Origin: an uncultured Deinococcales bacterium
Lineage (GTDB): Bacteria; Deinococcota; Deinococci; Deinococcales; JAAFIG01
Direction: 5' to 3'
Assembly (NCBI GenBank): GCA_964244895.1
Contig: CAXTKV010000118.1
Location: 4,767 to 16,477, forward strand
Length of the DNA: 11,711 bases
Below the pieces are notes generated by a model. It was not told the DNA's origin and did not search any database. It saw only the letters and a list, made by a program, of their open reading frames with translations. The translations under genes and the position numbers were made by a program. Positions 1 through 6,977 of the stretch are shown here, in pieces; position 1 is the stretch's first letter, and each line of letters opens with the position of its first letter.

Positions 1-2
1 CG

Positions 3-1019
3 CCGCCTCAACCCCCGACGGTTCGTCCCAAACCTCCAGTCTCGAGCCCCGCCGCGCCCGGCTCGACGGTGACGGTCAAGCCTTCCCCGCCGCCGTTGCC
101 CAACCTGGGAACGCCACCAAATGCCTCCTCGGGCGCGAATCCATCCTCGAGCCCGACGCCCAAACCGTCCGCACCCAGCCCTTCGACGGTCACGGGCGCG
201 AACGTCAAACCGACCGCGACAGCGCCCATCCCGCCGGAGCCGCTGCCGCGCGGAACCATCACCCTGCCGCCGCCCGACGCGAACAACCCGTTCGCTCAGG
301 TGCTCGAACCCGCATCCACGGATGTCCCGATCAGGACGGCCTCGAGCGCGCCCCTACCGGACTTGGGCGCGCCACCCAACGCGCCGCCAGACCCGAGCGC
401 GGCTGACCCCTCGAGCACCTCCGGAACGCTGACCGATCCCGCATCCGCGGCAGGAACCGTCGGACAGGAACCCGAGATCCTGCACAGCGTCGCGCGCGGC
501 GACACGCTCAGCTCGATCTCGAGGCGATACGGCGTGGAAGTCAGCGCCATCAGGCAGGTCAACAACCTGAGCTCGGACGCAATTTCAATCGGGCAAATCC
601 TGAAAATTCCCGTGCTGACGCAACCCGCCCCGCTCACGACATCCGCCGCGACCGGCGTGCGCGACGTGTCGGAACGCTATCTTGGCGTGACGTACCGCTT
701 CGGCGGCGCGAGCAGCGACGGCCTCGATTGCAGCGGCTTCGTGGTGATCGTCTTCACGGAACTCGGCATCAGGCTGCCGCGCACCAGCGCCCAACAGTTC
801 GCGTTCGGACAGCCCGTCGAGCGCACCGATTTGCGCCTGGGCGACCTGGTGTTTTTCAACACCACCGGGCAGGGCGTCAGCCACGTCGGGATTTACCTGT
901 CGGATGGCGAGTTCATTCACGCCGCATCCAATCCCGGTCGCGTCATCAAATCCAGGCTCGAGGAAAAATACTACGCGCAGCGCTACCTCGGCGCGCGCCG
1001 CGTCATGACCGACGATTAG
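3..1019 (+). CDS. LysM + NlpC/P60 (C40) peptidoglycan endopeptidase with a long Pro/Ser/Thr-rich N-terminal linker; 5' end lies outside the window
   Basis: The frame of ORF 69..1019 stays open back to position 3. LysM motif HSVARGDTLSSISRRYGVEVSAIRQVNNLSSDAISIGQILKIP. NlpC/P60 motifs YRFGG, DCSG (catalytic Cys), HVGIY and FIHA. Stop TAG at 1017-1019. Confidence 0.93.
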   Translation, partial: PPQPPTVRPKPPVSSPAAPGSTVTVKPSPPPLPNLGTPPNASSGANPSSSPTPKPSAPSPSTVTGANVKPTATAPIPPEPLPRGTITLPPPDANNPFAQVLEPASTDVPIRTASSAPLPDLGAPPNAPPDPSAADPSSTSGTLTDPASAAGTVGQEPEILHSVARGDTLSSISRRYGVEVSAIRQVNNLSSDAISIGQILKIPVLTQPAPLTTSAATGVRDVSERYLGVTYRFGGASSDGLDCSGFVVIVFTELGIRLPRTSAQQFAFGQPVERTDLRLGDLVFFNTTGQGVSHVGIYLSDGEFIHAASNPGRVIKSRLEEKYYAQRYLGARRVMTDD

Positions 1020-1030
1020 AATCGCGGGAA

Positions 1031-1071
1031 CACCGTCCAGCACGCATCTACTTTATGCGTGCTGGACGGTG
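1031..1071. repeat. CACCGTCC-family inverted repeat; perfect 17-bp stem with 7-nt loop just after the NlpC/P60 stop
   Basis: CACCGTCCAGCACGCAT (1031-1047) - ctacttt - ATGCGTGCTGGACGGTG (1055-1071). Confidence 0.9.
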
Positions 1072-1276
1072 CCGTTGCCATTCACGCCCCGAACCGATCC
1101 CAGTTCTAAACTCCGAGAATCTCGATCGTCAGCCGCGCAAAAGCGCCGTTCTCGAAGCGCCGCCTGGATGAGCCATACCGCGTTCAATCTCGAGGCTCGG
1201 TCGCCCCCGAGCCTGACCACGAACCCGTGTGCCGCGCTGAAAGCGCGGTGTTTTGTGTGGCGTTGAGCTTTCCCGA

Positions 1277-1282
1277 TATCCT
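1277..1282 (+). promoter_or_regulatory. -10 box (TATCCT) of a probable leaderless promoter for the esterase
   Basis: TANNNT lies 6 nt upstream of the in-frame GTG at 1289, and no Shine-Dalgarno sequence is present. Confidence 0.6.
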
Positions 1283-1288
1283 TCTGGC

Positions 1289-2137
1289 GTGAACTGGAAG
1301 CCATACAAGACCGTTTACCCCGAGGCGAAGCACCGCGTGACCGGGGACGTGCGGGTTTCTGCGCGCGTCTCGAGCCACGGGCTCGAACCGCGAGAGATCC
1401 TGGTGTACTTGCCGCCGAGCTACGAGTCGAGCCAGCGAAGCTACCCCGTTCTGTACATGCACGACGGGCAGAACCTTTTCGATGATGCCACCAGTTACTC
1501 CGGTGAGTGGGGCGTGGACGAGACGGCGCAGGCGCTGGCGCGCGATGGGCTGGAGGCGATCATCGTCGGCGTGCCGAACGGCGGCCTCAAACGGCTCGAC
1601 GAGTACGGCCCGTGGTTCGAGCCGGACGTTCGCCTGCCGGGCGTCGAGGCCGGTGCGGGCGGTCGCGCCGGGGACTACCTGGCTTTTTTGCTCGAGACGG
1701 TCGCGCCGGCGGTTAACGCGAGCTTCCGAACGCGCACGGATCGCGCCAGCACGGGCATTGCGGGCTCCTCGATGGGCGGATTGATCAGCCTCTGGGCGTC
1801 GATCGAGGCCTGGGAAACCTTCGGCTTCTGCGCGGCGTTTTCATCGGCCTTGTGGGTCGGAGAGGAACGCATCTTCGAGTACGTCCGCGAACGCGTCGCG
1901 CCCGGATTGCGGATTTATCTGGATTGCGGCGGGCTGGAAGGCGTCGGGCCGTACAGCCAGCGCGAGTACCTCGAGGCGAACCGCCGAATGCGCGACATCC
2001 TCAAGGCGCAAGGCTACGACGTGGCCTGGGTCGAGGATCGGCGCGGCAAGCACAACGAAGCCGACTGGCGCAGGCGTTTTGGCCCGGTGCTGACGTGGTT
2101 TTTGAATCCCTCAGCGCGACCCAAGCTCGCGTCCTGA
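1289..2137 (+). CDS. Alpha/beta hydrolase, putative esterase (IroE/Fes-like family)
   Basis: YPVLYMHDGQNLFD motif, nucleophile elbow GSSMGG, and C-terminal His motif HNE. Start placed at GTG 1289 (MNWKPY...) because of the adjacent -10 box; the ORF track opens at 1253. Confidence 0.88.
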   Translation: MNWKPYKTVYPEAKHRVTGDVRVSARVSSHGLEPREILVYLPPSYESSQRSYPVLYMHDGQNLFDDATSYSGEWGVDETAQALARDGLEAIIVGVPNGGLKRLDEYGPWFEPDVRLPGVEAGAGGRAGDYLAFLLETVAPAVNASFRTRTDRASTGIAGSSMGGLISLWASIEAWETFGFCAAFSSALWVGEERIFEYVRERVAPGLRIYLDCGGLEGVGPYSQREYLEANRRMRDILKAQGYDVAWVEDRRGKHNEADWRRRFGPVLTWFLNPSARPKLAS

Positions 2138-2230
2138 ACCCGAACTCAGGATTCCAAGCTCGAAAACGAGCGTCGCGGAACCGCGCGAGTCGTCTCGAGA
2201 TGCAGCGCTTCGAGGGACCCAGACCAGCGT

Positions 2231-2260
2231 GCTCGATCGCGGTCACGATCGCGATCGAGC
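2231..2260. terminator. GC-rich hairpin between the convergent esterase and kinase genes; candidate terminator or 3'-end stabiliser
   Basis: GCTCGATCGCG (2231-2241) pairs with CGCGATCGAGC (2250-2260). There is no clear U-tract on either strand. Confidence 0.45.
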
Positions 2261-2287
2261 TTCAGAACGCGCGTTCAATCGGCGCTG

Positions 2288-2302
2288 ACACCGTCCAGCA
2301 CG
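2288..2302 (+). repeat. Solo copy of the CACCGTCC-family repeat
   Basis: ACACCGTCCAGCACG is identical to 1030-1044 and 9587-9601. Confidence 0.85.
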
Positions 2303-2375
2303 GAATAAAATTGAAAGAACACCGATTATTCCCTCTGGCACGGTCTTTGCTCGACTCGAGAACCAGGGCTGAACC

Positions 2376-3803
2376 TTATTCGTCGTCCTGGAGCGCGGGC
2401 AGGATCACGGTAAAGTGCGCGCCACCGGCGGGGTCGTTGGTGGCGCGAATCTCTCCGCCGTGGACGCGCACGATCTGCGCGGCGATGGCCAATCCGAGCC
2501 CGGCACCACCGCCGGGACCTTTGTAGAACTTCTCGAAGATGCGCGGCAGGACGTGCTCGGGAATGCCGTGCCCGTTGTCAACAACGTGCAGCGCGATCCT
2601 GTCCGCGACCCGCTCGAGCTCGAGCCTGACGCCATCGGGCGTTCCGGCGGCGCGCACGGCGTTCGAGACGAGGTTCCGCACGAGTTGCGTCAGGCGGTCG
2701 GGATCGCCGATCAGCTCGAGCTCGGGTTCAGCCCGGAGTTTCTCGATGCCGAACTCTCGAGCGACGTTCTGCGCGATCTGCGCGAGGTTGACGACGTGAG
2801 GAATCCATTCGCGCACGACCTCGCCCCGAGAGAGTTGCAGCAGGTCACCGACCAGCCTGGTCATGCTGTCCGTGACGCGCTGTGCGTCCTCCAGCACGGG
2901 TCTTTGGGCTGGCGTGGCCTCGCGCGAGGCCAGGCGCAGATAGCCCTGGAGCGCGGTCAACGGCGTGCGCAACTCGTGTGAGGTTTCCGCCAGGAAGGTT
3001 TTTTGCGCGTCGAAGGCGCGCTTCAGCCGCAACACCATCTGGTTGAGCGTGGTGGTCAGCAACCCCAGCTCATCCCTCGGCCCGGTGTAAGTCAGCGGCT
3101 CGAGGTGGTTCTCGTCGAGTCGGGTCGCTTGGCGGGCCACGCTGACCAGCGGACGCAACCCGATACTGGCGATGGCGTAACCGCCCAGCAGGCCGCTCAG
3201 CACCAGCAGGATCGTCACGGCGGTGACCACGCCGCGCACCGTGGTCGATAGCTCGCGGATGTAGGTCGCGTCCGTCCAGACGGCCAGCATGGCGGGACTT
3301 TTGAGCACCTTGACCGGCGTCAAGAGCGCGCGGATCGGGCGTCCACCGTTTTCGTCGGCCCAGAACTGCTGGGTTTTGGTGGATGCGATCTTGATGTCGC
3401 CGGGCAGCACCAGCGGTGGCCCGCCGAGCGGGCTTCCAGAGGCCGAGAACAGCGTGATGCGCGATGATCCGAGCGGTCTGGATTCCAGGCCGAGCGAGCC
3501 GTTTTCCGTGTTCTCCAAGAAGCGTTGCGCCTTGGCGGTGTCCTCCAGGAGCAGTTCGCGCTGATCGTTCTCGAGGGTGCTGGTCACGATCGCGATGACC
3601 GCGCCGGAAAGCAGGGCCGCGAAGATCGTCAGCAGCAACGCCGTCAGCGCCGCGATGCGCCACTTGAGCGGCACGGTGCGCCAGCCGCTCGGGCGCGTGC
3701 GGCCTTCAATCGGCTCGAGCACCAGCTCGGGCGCGTCCAGGTGCGCCCCGGAGACCGTCGGTGGAGAGATCGTTGGTGGCTCGAGCTGCGTCTGTTCGCT
3801 CAT
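2376..3803 (-). CDS. Membrane-bound sensor histidine kinase (TM - extracytoplasmic loop - TM - HAMP - HisKA - HATPase_c)
   Basis: Two hydrophobic segments; H-box ETSHELRTPL, N-box LVRNLVSNA, G1 DNGHGIP, F-box IFEKFY, G2 GAGLGLAI. Start at ATG 3803 (MSEQTQ) is preferred over 3833. It lies directly downstream of an OmpR-type regulator. Confidence 0.93.
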   Translation of the reverse strand: MSEQTQLEPPTISPPTVSGAHLDAPELVLEPIEGRTRPSGWRTVPLKWRIAALTALLLTIFAALLSGAVIAIVTSTLENDQRELLLEDTAKAQRFLENTENGSLGLESRPLGSSRITLFSASGSPLGGPPLVLPGDIKIASTKTQQFWADENGGRPIRALLTPVKVLKSPAMLAVWTDATYIRELSTTVRGVVTAVTILLVLSGLLGGYAIASIGLRPLVSVARQATRLDENHLEPLTYTGPRDELGLLTTTLNQMVLRLKRAFDAQKTFLAETSHELRTPLTALQGYLRLASREATPAQRPVLEDAQRVTDSMTRLVGDLLQLSRGEVVREWIPHVVNLAQIAQNVAREFGIEKLRAEPELELIGDPDRLTQLVRNLVSNAVRAAGTPDGVRLELERVADRIALHVVDNGHGIPEHVLPRIFEKFYKGPGGGAGLGLAIAAQIVRVHGGEIRATNDPAGGAHFTVILPALQDDE

Positions 3804-3815
3804 GACTTCACCGGG

Positions 3816-3859
3816 ACACCGTTCGGTACGCAAGTTTACGGTTGCGTGCCGGACGGTGT
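3816..3859. repeat. Degenerate CACCGTCC-family inverted repeat between the response regulator and the kinase
   Basis: ACACCGTTCGGTACGCAA (3816-3833) against TTGCGTGCCGGACGGTGT (3842-3859): 18-bp arms, 2 mismatches, 8-nt spacer. Confidence 0.8.
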
Positions 3860-3909
3860 TTTCTGGCGCAATAACGAAAGGAACGCGCGAAGAGGGTCAC
3901 GCGACCGAC

Positions 3910-4584
3910 TCACGGCGCTTTGAGCGCGTACCCGATGCCGCGCACGGTGCGGATCACGCCGTAGCCGTCCACGTCGCGCAATTTCGCGCGGATGTTGGCC
4001 ATGTGAACGTCCACCACGTTCGAGTTCGCGGGCAGGTCTTCGCCCCAGACGCCGCGTTCGATTTCCTCGCGCGAGTACACGCGTCCGGGCTGGCGCGCCA
4101 GAAAACCCAACAGGTCGAACTCGCGCGGGCTGAGCCGCACCTCGCGCTCGGCGTAACGCACCAACCTTTTGTCGGGCGTGATCTCGAGCAACCCCAGCAC
4201 GACCGCCTCGCCACCGCGAGATTTGCGAAGCTGCACCTTGACGCGCGCCACCAGTTCTTCGGGGTGGAACGGTTTGGTCAAGTAATCGTCCGCGCCGCCC
4301 TCCAGCAGGTTGACCTTGGTGGAGACCGCGTCCATCGCGGTCAGCACGATGATCGGCGTGTCTGAGGTCTTGCGCAGACGCCGCGCGATTTCCGCGCCGT
4401 CCAGATCGGGCAAACCCAGATCGAGGATCACCAGATCCGGTGTGGATTCCCTGGCCATGGTCAGGCCGGACACGCCATCCGAGGCGACCAGCACCTTGAA
4501 GCCCGCCTCCTCGAGTTCCAGCCGGACGATCCGCTGGATGTCCGGGTCGTCCTCGATGATCAGAATCACGTTGACTTCGGCCAT
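3910..4584 (-). CDS. OmpR/PhoB-family response regulator, resembling Deinococcus DrRRA-type regulators
   Basis: REC domain (IIEDD, DLGLPD phospho-Asp, KPF) and winged helix (SNVVDVHMANIRAKL, RTVRGIGY). SD GGGAGG precedes ATG 4584. The DrRRA resemblance is from recall, not a search. Confidence 0.93.
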   Translation of the reverse strand: MAEVNVILIIEDDPDIQRIVRLELEEAGFKVLVASDGVSGLTMARESTPDLVILDLGLPDLDGAEIARRLRKTSDTPIIVLTAMDAVSTKVNLLEGGADDYLTKPFHPEELVARVKVQLRKSRGGEAVVLGLLEITPDKRLVRYAEREVRLSPREFDLLGFLARQPGRVYSREEIERGVWGEDLPANSNVVDVHMANIRAKLRDVDGYGVIRTVRGIGYALKAP

Positions 4585-4618
4585 GTTGCCTCCCTGGGTG
4601 GTTCTACACGAACGCTCG

Positions 4619-4624
4619 ATCCTA
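4619..4624 (-). promoter_or_regulatory. Possible -10 box (TAGGAT) for the regulator-kinase pair
   Basis: TANNNT on the minus strand about 35 nt upstream of the regulator ATG; no clear -35. Confidence 0.35.
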
Positions 4625-4655
4625 ACGTGAGTGCCCGATCGCACTCTCCGGCGCG

Positions 4656-5042
4656 CTATTTCTGCTTCATTTCCAGCCTGATGCTGTACGCCTCGCGCAG
4701 CACCTGAACGAAACTGACCCGATCCTTGCCCGCCTCAAGCGTCACGTCTGAGCCGTCCGCGTTGACGTTGCCGACAAAACTTTTCAGGTCGTTGGTGCTG
4801 CCCACGGGAACCGAAATCCAGATTCTGACCCGTTCCCCGGCGGGCAAACGCGGACTCCAGGTGATCATCGTCAACACCCGGTTTTTGACCGTGCCGCTGG
4901 CCAACACGCTCTGCAATTCGTCGCGCAGCACGCGCACCTCGCTGCCATCGGGAATCGCGTTCAGTCCCGGCAACGGCGCCAGAGCCGAACCAGCCGTGGC
5001 GATGGCCGTGAGGAGGATGATCATCAGCGAAACCAGACGCAT
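4656..5042 (-). CDS. Hypothetical secreted protein (~128 aa)
   Basis: From ATG 5042 it reads MRLVSLMIILLTAIATAGSALA, a Sec-type signal peptide ending in AxA. It is co-oriented with its neighbours and fills the gap between them. No recognisable domain. Confidence 0.7.
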   Translation of the reverse strand: MRLVSLMIILLTAIATAGSALAPLPGLNAIPDGSEVRVLRDELQSVLASGTVKNRVLTMITWSPRLPAGERVRIWISVPVGSTNDLKSFVGNVNADGSDVTLEAGKDRVSFVQVLREAYSIRLEMKQK

Positions 5043-5161
5043 ACGCCGATAATCTATCGCAACCATCGTGTGTCCTTGTGGGAGATCGTTCAAGGATCTT
5101 TATGTTGCGATCATTACATTTTTGCCGTGTGGCTCGAGCGCTTCAAGTGCGTTGATTGATA

Positions 5162-5186
5162 AACACCGTCCAGGACGGTGTTCTTT
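5162..5186 (-). repeat. CACCGTCC-family compact palindrome, possibly a terminator, downstream of the REC-BTAD gene
   Basis: AACACCGTCC-A-GGACGGTGTT. Read on the minus strand, 5162-5186 is AAAGAACACCGTCCTGGACGGTGTT, identical to 6586-6610. A related mini-palindrome GGACGG-TG-CCGTCC lies at 5199-5212. Confidence 0.85.
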
Positions 5187-5226
5187 GAAGTGCGTCCCGG
5201 ACGGTGCCGTCCAAGAGCCATAAATC

Positions 5227-5255
5227 AGCGGCTCGAGATTCCGTTTAGAGCCGCT
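5227..5255 (-). terminator. Candidate hairpin 30 nt after the REC-BTAD stop
   Basis: AGCGGCTC (5227-5234) pairs with GAGCCGCT (5248-5255); only a weak T-run follows on the minus strand. Confidence 0.35.
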
Positions 5256-5283
5256 CATCAAAACGAAATTTTGGTTGCCCGCT

Positions 5284-6318
5284 TTAATCGTCCCAGTTGA
5301 ACTGCCGCTCTCGCGCGCGGATGGCGCGACGGTGATCGCCCATTTTTTCCCACAGGCGCGCCAGTTCAGACCAGGCCGTGTCGCTGAACGGTTCGTGCTG
5401 GGTGGCCAGGTGCGCGTACCAGGCGCCCTGACGCGTCTCACCGCGAGATTCTGCGACCTTGGCGGCGTCCAGCAGCAATCCAAGGTGCGTGGCGTGGAGC
5501 GCCTCGCGGCGTTCCTCGCACCATTCGGAATCGAAACCTGCCAGGTACGGCCCTCGGTACAACTTGGAAGCCTCATCGAAAGTCGTCAGGTCGGGCTTTT
5601 CCTGCGCGTTCTGGACGGCCTCCATGTACTGCTTGACATCGTAACCGATCTCGAGATCGGGGTTCAGGTAATAGCGGCGGTTGGCGGATTGCACGGCTTC
5701 AGCCTCTAAGGTCTTGCGCAGACGGTGGAGGGTCGTGTGGAATACGCTCGCGGCGCGCGTCTCGTCCTTTTCTGGCCAGAGCGCTTCAGCCGCTTCCCAG
5801 GTGGTCGTGCCGCCCGGATGCTCCAGAAGATAGAAAAAGAACTCGGCGGCTTTCTTCGAGCCCCAACTGACTTCGCGCCCATCCCAGGTCACGCCCGCCT
5901 CGCCCAGACCGCGCGCCAGCACGCCGACGGCTTTGGGTGGTTTCATCTCGACCGCGCGGCGCAACCTGACCTCGAGCGCCTCGAGCAACTCGTAGGCCTC
6001 GAAGGGTTTGGTCAGGTAATCGTCCGCGCCCAGGTTCATGCCCTGGCGAATATCGCGGCGTTCGGCCATGCCGGACAGAAAAATGAACGGCGTCTGCTTG
6101 AACTTCTCTATTTCGCGCACGCGTTCCAGGAATTCGTAGCCGTTCATCACCGGCATGGTGATGTCGGACACGACCGCGTCCAGTTCCAGCCCTTCGATGG
6201 CTTCGAGCGCCTCCGCAGGGCGAGTGAAGGCGTGAACGTCATACTCGGCGCTTTTGAGAATCGCGCTGACGAGCTTGACCAGGCTGGGTTCATCGTCCAG
6301 AACGAGCACCGACGGCAT
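5284..6318 (-). CDS. Response regulator with N-terminal REC and C-terminal SARP-like (wHTH + BTAD/TPR) region
   Basis: REC motifs VLDDE, SDITMP and KPF. Then KKAAEFFFYLL, EALWPE, FHTTLHRLRKTL, YDV, LYRGPYLAGFDSEWCEERRE and EPFSD, all typical of SARP/BTAD proteins. Confidence 0.88.
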   Translation of the reverse strand: MPSVLVLDDEPSLVKLVSAILKSAEYDVHAFTRPAEALEAIEGLELDAVVSDITMPVMNGYEFLERVREIEKFKQTPFIFLSGMAERRDIRQGMNLGADDYLTKPFEAYELLEALEVRLRRAVEMKPPKAVGVLARGLGEAGVTWDGREVSWGSKKAAEFFFYLLEHPGGTTTWEAAEALWPEKDETRAASVFHTTLHRLRKTLEAEAVQSANRRYYLNPDLEIGYDVKQYMEAVQNAQEKPDLTTFDEASKLYRGPYLAGFDSEWCEERREALHATHLGLLLDAAKVAESRGETRQGAWYAHLATQHEPFSDTAWSELARLWEKMGDHRRAIRARERQFNWDD

Positions 6319-6324
6319 GCGTTC

Positions 6325-6330
6325 ACCTTA
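6325..6330 (-). promoter_or_regulatory. -10 box (TAAGGT) of a probable leaderless promoter for the REC-BTAD gene
   Basis: The minus strand reads TAAGGT-gaacgc-ATG, i.e. TANNNT 6 nt before the start codon. Confidence 0.55.
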
Positions 6331-6441
6331 CACGCGAATTGGCGAAAGCCAGTACCGACTTGTCACACGACCACAGTTCACGAAAGGATCGAGCGACTCG
6401 AAAGGCTGCTCGGGTTTGGATTCCAACCGTTCGCCTTTCTC

Positions 6442-6470
6442 TTGACGACCCCCAGACCTCGTGCTACCAT
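6442..6470 (+). promoter_or_regulatory. Sigma70-type promoter of the tRNA
   Basis: TTGACG (6442-6447), 17-nt spacer, TACCAT (6465-6470), with extended TG at 6462-6463. Confidence 0.8.
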
Positions 6471-6507
6471 TCACGTCGCTTGAGGGAAAGCACTCGAGCG
6501 CGAGCGA

Positions 6508-6584
<77 letters not shown>

Positions 6585-6585
6585 G

Positions 6586-6618
6586 AAAGAACACCGTCCT
6601 GGACGGTGTTCTTTTTTT
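6586..6618 (+). terminator. Intrinsic terminator of the tRNA, built from two inverted CACCGTCC-family repeats
   Basis: AAAGAACACCGTCC-T-GGACGGTGTTCTTT, ending in a run of 7 T (6612-6618). Confidence 0.85.
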
Positions 6619-6662
6619 GAATCCCGAACGGTTCAGCGCGGAACGCCAGTCTCCCCGGGCAC

Positions 6663-6711
6663 GGTGTTTCGCCCGAACGTCGCTGCAGGGTGTTTCGCCT
6701 GAACGTCGCTG
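6663..6711. repeat. Tandem direct repeat, 2 x 23 bp, period 26
   Basis: GGTGTTTCGCCCGAACGTCGCTG (6663-6685) and GGTGTTTCGCCTGAACGTCGCTG (6689-6711) are 22/23 identical; GGTG recurs in phase at 6715. Confidence 0.85.
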
Positions 6712-6842
6712 AATGGTGCATCTCGAATTCAAAATCGCTGCGCGTCAGCCATTCTTTAATAACCTCAGCGGCTTAAGGGTCGTCTTGAACGCTGGGAACT
6801 CGCAACTACCAGTTGATAAGGTGAGCGCCGATCCGGGGCGAC

Positions 6843-6873
6843 TCTTGACAGCGCTTTCAAGACCTGGCATACT
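6843..6873 (+). promoter_or_regulatory. Promoter of the LacI gene with an overlapping LacI-type operator
   Basis: TTGACA (6845-6850), 17 nt, CATACT (6868-6873) with extended TG. The palindrome TCTTGAcAGCGCTtTCAAGA (6843-6862) covers the -35. Confidence 0.75.
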
Positions 6874-6977
6874 CCGGATGTCTTACAAAAACCTACTGTA
6901 TGGATCGTCCCACACGTGGTTTATACGTGTATCCAATTTCGCTATTCTCGCATGGCGGATTCTCTCATCGGGGTGTC

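Noticed and set aside
2241..3596. 15-bp exact match GGTCACGATCGCGAT at 2241-2255 and 3582-3596
   Set aside because: One copy is inside the kinase coding sequence, and a single 15-mer match in GC-rich DNA of this length is plausibly chance.
6663..6711. Mini-CRISPR reading of the tandem repeat
   Set aside because: Only two copies, separated by 3 nt, with no spacer-length unique sequence and no cas genes.
6880..6977. Riboswitch in the ~100-nt LacI 5' leader
   Set aside because: Only a 6-bp inverted repeat (ACACGT 6912-6917 / ACGTGT 6925-6930) is visible; I recognise no aptamer consensus or expression platform.
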